64,000 nt of DNA from the human T2T-CHM13v2.0 reference genome, Homo sapiens, in the NCBI RefSeq assembly GCF_009914755.1, contig NC_060947.1; one strand, 5' to 3'. Position numbers and translations under genes: made by a program. Shown here piece by piece: positions 14,546-28,323 of this stretch (position 1 is its first letter; every line of letters starts with the position of its first letter). The notes under the pieces were generated by a model, which did no database searches, was not told the DNA's origin, and was given only the letters and a program-made list of their open reading frames with translations.

Positions 14546-16658
14546 ACAAGTTTTTAAAAATCAAAATTATATCAATGTATCTTCTGAGACTAAAATTGAA
14601 TAAAGCAAGACATCAACACTAAAAATAGGTTTGGAAAGTATATAAATCCATTTAAATTAAACAATAAATTGAAACCATCACTGGAAATTGAACAATCACT
14701 GGAATATCAAAAACATTAAGTTATAAAATTTTTTAAAAAGTGAATGAAAATGAAAACACAGCATCCAAAAACTTGTGGAATACAGTGAAGGCAGTGCTAA
14801 GACGAAAATGTATAGCATTAAATGCTGACACAAAATAGTTGAAAAATCACAAATTTACAACCTAATGTCATACCTCAAAGAACTGGAAAATCAAGAATAA
14901 ACCAAATCTGAAATCAGCAGAAGAAAATAAATAACAAAGATCAGAGGAGAAATAAATGAAATAAACATCAAAATAAAAGATACAAAGGATCAATGAAGTG
15001 AAAAGTTGGTTCTTTGAAAATATAAATAAAATTGATAAAAATCTATCTAGGTTAATTAAGAAAAGAAGAGAGAAGACCCAAATAAACACAGCCTAAAATG
15101 AAAAAAGAGATTGCAACTGATACCACAGAAAAACAAAAGATTATCAGAGTCTATTATAAACAACTACATGCTCACAAACTAGAAAACCTAGAGAAAAATG
15201 AATAAATTCCTGGAAATATACAACCTCCCAAGATTGAACCAGGAAGAAATGAAACTCCTTAACAAACCAATGATGAGTAGTGAGATTTATTTAGTAACAA
15301 AAAATATCACAGAAAAGAACCCAGACCAGATGAATTCATAGCTGAATTCTATCAAACATACAAAGATGACCTAATACCAATATTTCTGAAACTATTCCAA
15401 AAAATTGAGGAGTCGGGAATTGTCCCCAACTGATTGGATTAGGCCAGTATCACCCTGGTACCAAAATCAGACAAGGTCACAGCAAAAAAAGAGAACTACA
15501 GCCCAATATACCTGATGAACATAGATGCAAAAATCTAAAAATAAAAAAAAAGATAAAAAATAATAAAAAAATCTAGTAAATCAAATTCAACAGCACATTA
15601 AAAAAAATACACCATGAACATGTGGGATATATGCTGGGGATGTAAGGATGGTTCAACATACACAATGTGTCAGTAAGTGTGACATATCCAATAAACCGAA
15701 TTAGAAACAAACACTAAATGATCACCCCAATATATACAGAAAAAAGCATCCAGTAAATTCAGCATTGCTTTATGATAAAAATTCTCAAAAACTAGGCATA
15801 GGAGTAAAATACCTTAACATAATAAAAGCAATATATGGCAAACTCACAGACAGTATCAATTTATTGGGAAAAGTTGAAAACATTCCCAATGACAACTGGA
15901 AAAAGACCAGGATGCCCACTTTCATAACTGTTGTTACACATAGTACTGGAAGTCCTCTCCAGAGCAATCAAACCAAAGAAAAAAAAAGGTATTCACAATG
16001 GAAAAGAGGAAGTCAAAATAATCTTTGTTTGCTGAAGATATGATTTCATATTTAAAAAATTTTTAAAGACTCCACCAAAAAGTCACTTAGATTTGATTGA
16101 TGTATTCAGTAAAGTTTCAGGATACAAAGTTAATGTACAGAAGTCGACAGCATTTCTATACAACAATACTAGTTCAGCCAAGGACCAAATCAAGAAGCCA
16201 ATTCTATTCACAATAGCTACAAAAACTAAAATAAAATACTCAGGGAAATATTAAACCAAGGAAGTGAAAGATCTCTATAAGTAGAACTATAAAACACTGC
16301 TGAAAGAGATTATAGGTGACATAAGTAAATGGAAAAAACATTCCATGGTCATAGACTAGAAGAAATAATATTGTTAAAATAACCATACTGCCCAAAGCAA
16401 TCTACAAATTCAATGCAAGTGTCATCAAATTGTCAATTATTTTTTCACAGAATTTTTAAAAATTCTTAAAAAAATCCTAAAATGGTGCAATAGGATTGAT
16501 GGCCCAATAGGAACAGTTCCGGTCTGCAGCTCCCAGCGTGACCGATGCAGAAGACAGGGGATTTCTGCATTTCTAACTGAGGTACCTGGTTCATCTCACT
16601 GGGACTGGTTGGAAAGTGGGTGCAGCCCACGGAGGGTGAGCTGAAGCAGGGCGGGGCA

Positions 16659-16916
16659 TCACCTCACTGGGGAAGCACAAGGGGTCGAGGGATTTCCCTT
16701 TCCTAGAGGGAAGCCGTGACAGATGGTACCTGGAAAAACGGGACACTCCCGCACAAATACTGCACTTTTCCAATGTAAACGGTACACCACCAGGAGATTA
16801 TATCCTGCACCTGGCTCAGCAGATCCCATGTCCATGGAGCCTTGCTCACTGCTAGCACACCAGTCTGAGATCAAATTGTGAGGCAGCAGCCTGGCAGGGG
16901 GAGGGGCGTCTGCCAT
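16659..16916 (-). other. L1 ORF0-like antisense ORF (85 codons, frameshifted after ~43 aa)
   Basis: MADAPPPARLLPHNLISDWCASSEQGSMDMGSAEPGAGYNLLV resembles primate L1 ORF0 (MAGAPPPASLPPCSLISDCCASNQRDSVGVGPSEPGVGYSLVV, recalled); gcaATGg context. Confidence 0.75.
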
Positions 16917-17290
16917 TGCTGAGGCTTGAGTAGGTAAACAAAGTGGCTGGGGAAGCTTGAACTGGGCAGAGCCCACTGCAGCTCAGCAAGGTCGGCTGCC
17001 TCTGAAGTCACCACCTCTGGGGGCAGGGCATAGCTGAACAAAAGGCTGCAGAAACTTCTGCAGACTTAAACGTCCCTGTCTGACAGCTCTGAAGACAGCA
17101 GTGGTTCTCCCAGCATGGTGTTTGAGCTTGGAGAATGGACAGACTGCCTCCTCAAGTGGGTCCCTGACCCCCGTGTAGCCTAACTGGGAGACACCTCCCA
17201 GTAGGGGCTGACTGACACCTCATACAGGCGGGTGCCCCTCTGGGACAAAGCTTCCAGAGGAAGGATCAGGCAGCAATATTTGCTATTCTG

Positions 17291-17766
17291 CAATATTTGC
17301 TGTTTTGCAGTCTCCGCTGGTGATACCCTGGCAAACAGGGTCTGGAGAGGACCTCCAGCAAACTCCAACAGACCTGCAGCTGAGGGACCTGACTGTTAGA
17401 AGGAAAACTAACAAATAGAAAGGAATAGCATCGACATCAACAAAAAGGACATCCACACCAAAACCCCATCTGTAGGTCACCAACATCAAAGACCAAAGGT
17501 AGATAAAACCACAAAGTTGGGGAGAAACCAATATTCGCTGTTCTGCAGCCTCCGTTGGTGATACCCTGGCAAACAGGGTCTGGAGAGGACCTCCAGCAAA
17601 CTCCAACAGACCTGCAGCTGAGGGACCTGACTGCTAGAAGGAAAACTAACAAATAGAAAGGAATAGCATCAACATCATCAAAAAGGACATCCACACCAAA
17701 ACCCCATCTGTAGGTCACCAACATCAAAGACCAAAGATAGATAAAACCACAAAGTTGGGGAGAAAC
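17291..17766 (+). repeat. Tandem duplication, 2 x 238 bp
   Basis: 17291-17528 vs 17529-17766; 8 substitutions by manual alignment. Confidence 0.97.
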
Positions 17767-18640
17767 CAGAGCAGAAAAGCTGAAAATTCTCAAAACCAGA
17801 GTGCCTCTTCTGCTCCAAAGGATCGCAGCTCCTCGCTAGCAATGGAACAAAGCTGGATGGAGAACGACATTGATGAGCTGACAGAAGTAGGCTTCAGAAG
17901 GTTGGTAATAAACTTCTCCGAGCTAAAGGAGAATGTTCGAACCCATCATAAGGAAGCTAAAAACCTTGAAAAAAGAGTAGATGAATGGCTAACTAGAATA
18001 AAGAGTGTAGAGAAGACCTTAAATGACCTGATGGAGCTGAAAACCATGGCACGAGAACTACATGATGCATGCACAAGCTTCAATAGCCGATTCTATCAAA
18101 CTACCAATGAATTTCTTCACAGAATTGGAAAAAACTACTTTAAAGTTCATATGGAACCAAAAAAGAGCACACACTGCCAAGACAATCCTAAGCAAAAAGA
18201 ACAAAGCTGGAGGCATCACGCTAACTGACTTCAAACTATACTACAAAGCTACAGTAACCAAAACAGCATGGTACTGCTACCAAAACAGATATATAGACCA
18301 ATGGAACAGAACAGAGGCCTCAGAAATAACACCACACATCTACAACCATCTGATCTTTGACAAACCTGACAAAAACAAGAAATGGAGAAAGGATTCCCTA
18401 TTTAATAAATGGTACTGCGAAAACTGGCTAGCCCTATGTAGAAAGCTGAAACTGGATCCCTTCCTTACACCTTATACAAAAATTAATTCAAGATGGATTA
18501 AAGACTTAAATGTTAGACCTAACACCATAAAAACCCTAGAAGAAAACCTAGGCAATACCATTCAGGACATAGGCATGGACAAGGACTATATGACTAAAAC
18601 ACCAAAAGCAATGGCAACAAAAGCCAAAAGAGACAAATGA

Positions 18641-20052
<1,412 letters not shown>

Positions 20053-20264
20053 CTAAATTTACTGTTATTCACTTCAATCTTGATCTCTTATGACACCAAA
20101 TATGCCACTCAACCATAACTCCAAATAAGCTCTATTTCTTCACTGGTACATGTAATACATTTACCACTTTCACTTCTCCAAGCCCCTTGGCTATCTTCTG
20201 GTTATGGTTTCTGTTCAGGCTAGATATCATCTCAGGGATCCTTTCACTAACACCTAGGACCAGC

Positions 20265-20450
20265 AGTCTTTTTTGTATATGTGCCTGTAGATTGAAATGA
20301 TATGCAGAGCTGATAACTATTTCAACGCTAAGGCCCTACCCCAGACCATATAGATACACTTTTCTATGGAACATATCTGGGCATTAAATTGCATTTTTTA
20401 AAGCTCTACAATCATTTTCAAATGTACAGTGAGGGTTCGGAATCACTGGT
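20265..20450. mobile_element. MER5-like hAT-Charlie MITE
   Basis: 'aggccctaccccagacc...gagggttcggaatcactg'. Confidence 0.6.
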
Positions 20451-20774
20451 TCTCAGGACTTGAACCATAAAGTTATTGGAATAAATACAAAAATCCTTGA
20501 GACATCTAAGAATTGGATTTGTAAAAATGAGTGAATTACACATCAAAACATGATACTGCTATATTGAAAATGAACATAGTTTTGGGGAAGCATATAACTT
20601 TAACCATGTTATTTGAGTCATGATATCTTTGTGTCATGATATCTTTGTGTCAAGTATTTTCTTAATCAACTAATACTACAAATAGAATTAAAATTATTGA
20701 GGGCTATTAATATTGACACTAAAAAGATATTCTGAGACTCTAAACAGTTGGGACCAATTTGCTACTCATGGTAG

Positions 20775-20950
20775 TATTTCCTAAATAGTCTGCTTTCAAA
20801 AACATTTGGAAACACTACATATGCTATCCCTCTTTTAATCTTTACAATGCGCAATAACATATTAAAACCTTTGAGAAATACTGCAATAAAAATAACCTCT
20901 TAATTGCATTTCATCAGCAATCTTAAAATTACTTGAGCACAGAATCTTTC
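20775..20950. mobile_element. MER103-like hAT-Charlie relic
   Basis: 'caatgcgcaataacatattaaaacctttgagaaatactgcaataaaaataacct'. Confidence 0.55.
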
Positions 20951-21179
20951 CTCCATTCCAAAGAGCATACTGTTTTCCCAAGATATTTCGAATCTTTAAA
21001 CTGGGATCGCTACAGAAAAGAGAGCTTAATGAAACCCCAGATGCTAGCTTTCACAATGCGAGTACTTTTGCAAGTTGTACAATTATGTTTACAATAAAGA
21101 ATTATTCACTTTCAAATGTAGTTTACAAGGTTAAAGGGATTGAATTCTTGCTTCTTGCTTTTTAAAAATTAGATACCGG

Positions 21180-21518
21180 TAATAATAATAACAATAATAA
21201 TAGCTAACCATATGTAATGTGTCACGCACTGTACTAAGAACTATATATTTATTGCCAAATTTGCCTGGCTATATATCGAATCGAATCGGATCGAATCTAT
21301 CTATCTATCTTCTATCTAATCTATCTCTCTATATATTTATATGTTCTCAACTTTAGAAAGTAGTTACTGTCATTATCAACCTCATTTTACAGATGAGAAA
21401 CTGAGCCAAATAGAGTTTATGAAACTTACCCAAGGTCATAAAGCTGGTAAATGACAGAGGTGGGTTTTTAACCCACGTCTCTGATTTCAAACCCCACTCT
21501 CTGAACTACTTACACTGT
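21180..21518 (-). mobile_element. MIR with internal (ATCGA)n/(TCTA)n microsatellite
   Basis: 'cattttacagatgagaaactgag...cttacccaaggtcataaagctggtaaatgacagag'. Confidence 0.85.
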
Positions 21519-22629
21519 GCATATATGAGATATATAAAAATGTATTCAGCTACATACATATCCTAGGAAGTCAGATCTCAAATTTCTAAATAAATAAGAT
21601 CTAAGTTTTACAACTCAAGGATAGAAGTTTAAAACTGGTTTAACCTGCAAAGAGATGAAATGTATATTTATCAAAAATGCATTGGATAATATGATTTAAG
21701 GAAGCTATCTCTAGCTTGCAGTGGACCTGTATTTCCATTAAAACCTACTATAATTCAATAACTAGAATAAATTTTTATAGGAAAACAGGCAATAGTAATA
21801 TTTATACTATTAGTAGCCAAATTCTAGCTCCTTTTAAACCTGTACTTTACTTTTGATCTATCAGTAGTGCCTTCTACTATGATTAAAAAAAAATTTCAAC
21901 TTCCTGTTTTCATAAAATAAAAAGCTAAAATTGTCAATTGTTTTACCATTGACTAGGTCTTCTTATAAAACTTTAGAAGGAGCTTGAAAACAATGAACTA
22001 ATGAATGATTAATAAATTGAGTCCAGTGAAATGACTTACCAAAAGTCACACATCGAGGCTCTCAATGACATGTTCTCTAATCCACAGTGATTGACTCTTG
22101 CTTCTGTACTCTTACATCAGTTGTACTTTATTACATCCACATCATGCCTAGTACACCATCCCCCATTACTAAGACAGTTGATAATTACAAAATATTTAAT
22201 TTTAATAAGGCATCAATTTTAAAAGCCAGGCAAATTTGGCAATATTTGTTCTAGACACACTATTTGATCTAATTTTCCTAGAATAAGACTATAGCATCTA
22301 ATGAATAACAGTCCCAATTCTAACTAATGTGGCCTAAAAGTGAACTTCTGTCATCATCTAATATGACTTCTGTATCAACTTGTGAAGGAGTGTCTTCATC
22401 ATTAGTTCAGATTTTTCTACAATTGTGTGTTGATGTTTTAAATAAACACATTTGGGGGGGATTGTATTGATTATAGACAGTGAATACATGATTCTAACAA
22501 AATGTTAATATCCACTTATTTCTTAAATATTTCAGTCAAGATGGAAACTCAAAGGCATTTAACTCACCGACTCCCTCGCAAATCTAAACAGAATGAAAAA
22601 TCTAAATCAACAATGGAAGCTGGAAGGCA

Positions 22630-22900
22630 TATGCTTCTGGTGGGAACATAAATAGGTGCTTTTTTGGAGGGTAAATTGGCTACTTTGTTTAAAATCCCTA
22701 AAAACATTAATACACATATCAGTTGCACTCCCAAGAAATTATACTAAGAAAATAATCCAGTATATTTAAAAACTTAAATATTTCCATTATAGATTTATAA
22801 ACTCATAATAAAAACTTTGAGCTACTAAATGTTCAAATATTTAGCAAATTCATATTCTATTTTAGAATAAGTTACTATTGACAAGGAAACATGTTTACAA
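22630..22900 (+). mobile_element. Old L1ME-type fragment
   Basis: 'ctggtgggaacataaataggtgcttttttggagggtaaattggc'. Confidence 0.5.
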
Positions 22901-23599
22901 TATATTAGCTTTTTTCATAAAATAAAGATGTTCACTTTTGCATATTAGTTTTACATAAATATAGTCTATATGGTAGGAATCAGTTTATATGTATGTTTTA
23001 TTCTGTTTTAAAATATTTCCTAAGATATTTTCCCAAGATTTCCTCTGTCAGTTATATATCACGAAATAAAGCAGGTATAATCTAATTTTTGCGAAATATT
23101 GGTGTGTGTGTGTCAGGAATAAAGGTACAAGATACAGACAATACTCTATAGTATGTCTCAATGCATGTAAGATATTTTATGTACATACATGTATGTATAT
23201 GTTATGTAATACATGTATATTTTAAATAGTTTATTTTATTTTTATTGTATTGTATTTTGATATTTTATTTAAATATTTATTAAATATTTATTTTAATATT
23301 TAATATTCTCTGTTTAAATATTTTAAAGATTTTATGTACATACATGTATGTATATGCATATTTCTGGAAGTGCATATAAAGTGTTCAGGACAGGTTGAGG
23401 ACTGCGATCAGAGGGTTGCACTGCAAGGGAAACTATTTTCAAAGATTTCTTGCGCTGTTTTAAATTTTTATCACAGGCAAGCATACTTTCCACCTAAAAA
23501 TGAATGTCTAAATATACATATGGATTCTAAACAAAGACTGGAAGGACTCTTCCTTAGAAAGCCTAATAGCTTCCTCCTTTACTGCCTTTGAGTCATTAA

Positions 23600-23907
23600 C
23601 TTTGACTTCTCAGTCAACTGTTTTTTGAGAACTATGTAAAACTGAAACTGTTTCCGGGCAAGCTCCCATATTCTTAATCCTCCTCCCTGATTTTTTTATT
23701 TTTTAACCAGAGTACTTATGACCATCTAAAAACTGTAGATTTCACTTATTTTACTTGTCTGTTTAATCTGTCTCCATCTCATAAGAATACAAACTCCACA
23801 AGTCAGCGCAGAGACTTTTGTCTGTTTTGTTCATTCTGCATCTCCAGCGCCTAGAACAGTGCCTGAGATAATATATGTGTTTAATAAGTATTTGTTAAAT
23901 GAATAAA
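23600..23907 (+). mobile_element. L2 3' end
   Basis: 'ctccagcgcctagaacagtgcctg...aataagtatttgttaaatgaataaa'. Confidence 0.8.
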
Positions 23908-23921
23908 AGAGAAAAATACAT

Positions 23922-24346
23922 TGTATTAGTTTGCTAGGGCTGCCTTAACAAAGTATCACAAACTTAATGGCTTAAGCAACAACTGTATATTGTTTCACAG
24001 TTCTGGAGGCTACACATCCAACGCTAAGGTATTGGCAGGGCTGATTTTCTCTGAAAACTGTGAAGGATGGATCTGTATCCAGGCCTCTCTCCTTGGCTTG
24101 TAGATGGCCATCTTTTCCCTATGTGTCTCCACATCATCTTCCTTCTATACGCATGTCTGTTTCTGTGTCCAAATTTCCCGCTTCTTATAAGGACATGCCA
24201 TATTAGCTTAGGGCCCACACTAATAAACTCACTTTATCTTGGTTACCCTTGTAAAGATTTTGTCTCCAAATAAGATCACATTCTGAGTTACCAGGTGTTA
24301 GGATTCAACACGTGAATTTTGGGAGGAAACAATTCAACCCATAACA
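23922..24346 (-). mobile_element. MLT1B/C-like solo LTR
   Basis: 'tgtattagtttgctagggctgcc...caattcaacccataaca'; 5-bp TSD tacat/tatat. Confidence 0.92.
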
Positions 24347-25594
24347 TATATCCATGTGTTAATGATTTTCCTTTTTTATTTGTGTTTTTCTGTATATGTC
24401 AGTTAAAAATCAACGGATGCATTTATATATTTGTAATCAGAAGGCATAATAAAAATAAATATGCTTATATTCATCAAAATAATGCATGCAAGGGTTAAAA
24501 AAATCAAGTATTACAAAAAAGCATTCAATGACTAAAGAACAAGAGTCACGTTTCCAAGGTTTTGCCATTCATAACTGTACTCCCCAAAGGGGGCTCACTG
24601 CGCCCTGCTTCCTTTACTGTAAGTTTAATGTAATTAATCCACTATCTTCATCTGTAGGTTCACAGTGAATGTTACTTTTAATTTCATTATTTCTGTTGAA
24701 AGCTGATTACTTGGACAAAATCTGAAGTTTGTGGTGTGAACCATGATTCCGAAGAAATAAATTTACATTTCACTCAACTGGCATGTTCTCCTCTAAAATG
24801 GTTATTTTTATCATACGGTATTTGAGTATTTAAAAAAAATCTTTCCTCTTCTTAATAGCTGTTTAAACAATTGTGATAAAAAGAATATTAGGCCTCTTAG
24901 ATCTAATGAAAATTGCATTATTTTTATTCTCGTGAGACACAGAAATTAATAGTAGTTTAATAAGAAAACTTTTTTAAATGCACTTTGTTCATTTTGTCCT
25001 ATTCAGAAAAATGATTTGCTTTTTTCTGACTTGGTACATCTCTGAACTGTATTTTAGATCATGGGGTTTTACATTTCAACAAAATATTTTCCAATATCAT
25101 TAGAATGCTAGAAAGAAACATCAAGCACACTCATAATAAAAGAAAACAGGTCAATGTTTATGTATACCTAGAAAGATAGCCAAAGAAAAAGTACAATGAC
25201 ATTTTGTCTATTGACATCATTTCCCCCCAGCTAAAGTCTGGGAATATTTTCATCCCAGTTACTCAAGATAAAAAAGCAAATTTTAACAATCATATTTTGT
25301 ACATACTTTCTAACACTGAACAATTGGAAATCTTTTTTGCTGAGAGAGTTTTTCTTTAATCATCAAACTGAAAATTTTGATTAATGATGTTCCACTCAAT
25401 TTGCTGATGTGTTCTCTTAACTCAAACACATTGATATATATTTCCCCCATGACAGATAGTATTGATCAAATGCCAAACAATTATTATAATAAGGTATATT
25501 TGGTTATTCTAACACTATTCTAACTCACATGTTAATGAAGAAAGTAATTTTGCATTTAAACATCAAAAAACAACTTTGAAAAACGTATTATTAA

Positions 25595-25896
25595 TATTTT
25601 TTATTGACCAGTTGTGATTATATACATTTATGGAGTACAATGTGTTATTTTGATACAAATATACAACCTGGCATGATTAAACCAGGCTAATTAAGTGAGA
25701 TCATGACTTACTTGTATTTCCGTGCCTGACTTATTTTACTTAGCATAATGTCCACTGGTTTCGTCGATGTTGTTGCAAAAGGAAGAATTTCATTCTTTTT
25801 ATGGCTGAATAGCATTACATTGTGTATATATACCACATTTTCTTTATCCACCCATACATTGATGGACATTGAAATTGCTGTCGTACCTTGGTTATT
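25595..25896 (-). mobile_element. L1MA-type 3' fragment
   Basis: 'atggctgaatagcattacattgtgtatatataccacattttctttatcc'. Confidence 0.8.
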
Positions 25897-26719
25897 CACA
25901 AAACAATTTTTAAAATGTGTTTGTTTTACCCCTCTGCTTAACTATTCTGGTATAATATTGATTTCTTTGTCTATTTATTCTCAGCTTATCAAATTTATCA
26001 TTTTATGGTATCTAGCAGTTCTCTTTCTCTATGAATTACATATTTCTGCACAAATAATGTATCCATCCACGGTGTGCATCCTTACATCATATTGGTGTGT
26101 TTTTTTCAGCTCTTAGAGTCCCGATTGTCTCATCTTCCAAGCTTGCTTGAGAGTACTTTAAAATCAGTCTCTCTTAATTTCTATTGCAATCATTCTGACT
26201 TAGCTTTCATTGTCATAATGTTTTTCTATTTAAATTTCACTTTGTCTTATTTTTTCTGCTTTTCCTTTCCAAAGTACTGGTAACTAGCACAAATTGCCCT
26301 TGCTTTTTTGCCATTCAACACACTTCCATTTCTCTTACTAACAAATTTCCCTTGTGCCTCTGTTCTTTTCTTTATCCGATTCATATTCAATGAACATTCT
26401 GAAGTCCATCCACAAGGCACAGAGGTAAAATTAACATCTCAATTATAACTCTACACTTGGTAGCACATTGATTCTATTTACATGGTTACTGAGATGCATA
26501 GCCATGATTTTCCAGATGTATCATGCTCATAGGTATACTTACCTCTGTCTTTCTCAAACTAGATCATCTTAATTTCTAGCTTTTGTGCTCAGAAGTCATA
26601 ACTATTAAAAAAATTACCATTTTAGAGTTTACGGTGATTAACTTCTTTTCTGAATGTCTCTAGATTTATTCTCTACACTCTTGCTGGCACGTTTCAGTTG
26701 TCATTTGATCTATATAACA

Positions 26720-26975
26720 TACCACACCTCTGTGCCTTCACACATGCAATCTCTACTGTTTGGTATCCTATTCTTTCATTTTTCACCTGAATAAGTTACA
26801 CTCATTAGTTAAGTCTCAACTGAAGTATCACCTCTTCTACAAAGTGTGTCCTGTTTTTCCGTGAGTCTGCATCAACATCTCTTCCTCTTCCCTCCCAATG
26901 CATTGTCTATCCCTCTATCACAACACTTACTGCATTGTACTATAACTGTTTCCTCAGCTGTCTTCCCCATTAGGC
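26720..26975 (+). mobile_element. L2 fragment
   Basis: 'cctctgtgccttcacacatgc...ctcaactgaagtatcacctcttc'. Confidence 0.55.
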
Positions 26976-28263
26976 TGTGTGTCCAATTGTTTCAGGATAA
27001 TTTGTTCAAAAGGCTACTGTTTCTCTATTGAATTGCCTTTTCAGCTTTATAAAATATCAATTGACTATATTTGTGTGAGTGTATTCCTAGGCTCTCTAAT
27101 CTATTCCATTGATCTATTCTTTCATTAATACTATGCTGTTTTATAGTCTTTACATTGGATAATGTGGGTCCCCTAACTCTGATCTTTCTTCTTCCTGTTC
27201 ACTATTGTGTTGGCTATGCTAGGTGTGTTATTTTTTCACATAAACTCTCATAATAGGCTGTCAAAATTTTTGAAAATCTTGTTTGGATTTTTACTGGAAT
27301 TGTATTGAATCTACAGCTCATGCTTGTTAGAACTGGCACTTAAGTATATCCACTTTTTGAATCCATGAACACAGAATCTCTCTCTATTTATTTAAATTTT
27401 CTTTGATTTTTCTCCTCAGTGTAATTTTTCACATATAGTTCCCACAAATATGCCATCATATTTATACCTAAATATTTCATTTTGTGGTGCCATTACAAAT
27501 GATATTTTTATTTCAAATTCCAATTGTTTGCTGCTGATATAAAATAAACTGACTTTTGTGCATTAATCTTATATCCTGTCGCTTTGTTATATAAATTCCA
27601 GAAGTTTTTTTGTTGATTGGAATTTTAGACACATATAGTTATGTCATAAGCAAATACAGATAGTTTTATTTATGCATTTCTAATATGTATACCTTTATTT
27701 CGTTCTTTTCTTCTCTTATCTCACTACTGAGATCTTCTAGTATAATGTTCCTTGCCTTGCCTTGTTCCAGATCTTATGGGAAAAGTGTCCAATCTCTCTA
27801 TTAGCTGTAGCTGTTTTTCTATTTATCAAGTTGAGGAAATTTGATAAGTTTTTACCATGCATGTATATTACATTTTGTCAGATTATTTTTTCTGCCTCAA
27901 TTTATATGATTACATAATTTTGTATCTTTACTTTGTTGATATGATGGACTACACTGAATGATTTGCATAATCAGCCTTGCATGATGGAATAAATCACACT
28001 TAGTTGCAGTCTATCATCCTCTTATATATTCTGGGATTTGATTTATTAATATTTTGTTGGAGGTTTTCGGGTCTATTTATGAAAAACATTGATCAATAGT
28101 TTTCCTTCCTTTCAACATCTTTATCTCATTTCTATAGTATATTAGTATAACATGAATATAAAACCTGTGCTGGTCTTACAGAATTAGTTAGGATGTAGTA
28201 CTTCCGCCTCTGTTTTCTGAAAGAGATTGTAAATAATATTAATTATTCCTTAAAAGCTTATTA

Positions 28264-28323
28264 CTAGGTTGGTGCAAAAGTAATTGCTATTTTTTCCATT
28301 AAATTACTTTTTCACCAACCTAA
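28264..28323. mobile_element. MADE1 (Hsmar1-derived MITE), internally deleted
   Basis: Terminal inverted repeats taggttggtgcaaaagtaatt / aattactttttcaccaaccta, flanked by TA on both sides. Confidence 0.92.

Noticed and set aside
20617-20652. 16-bp tandem duplication (similar ones at ~32008, ~38809, ~40121)
   Set aside because: Ordinary slippage micro-duplications.
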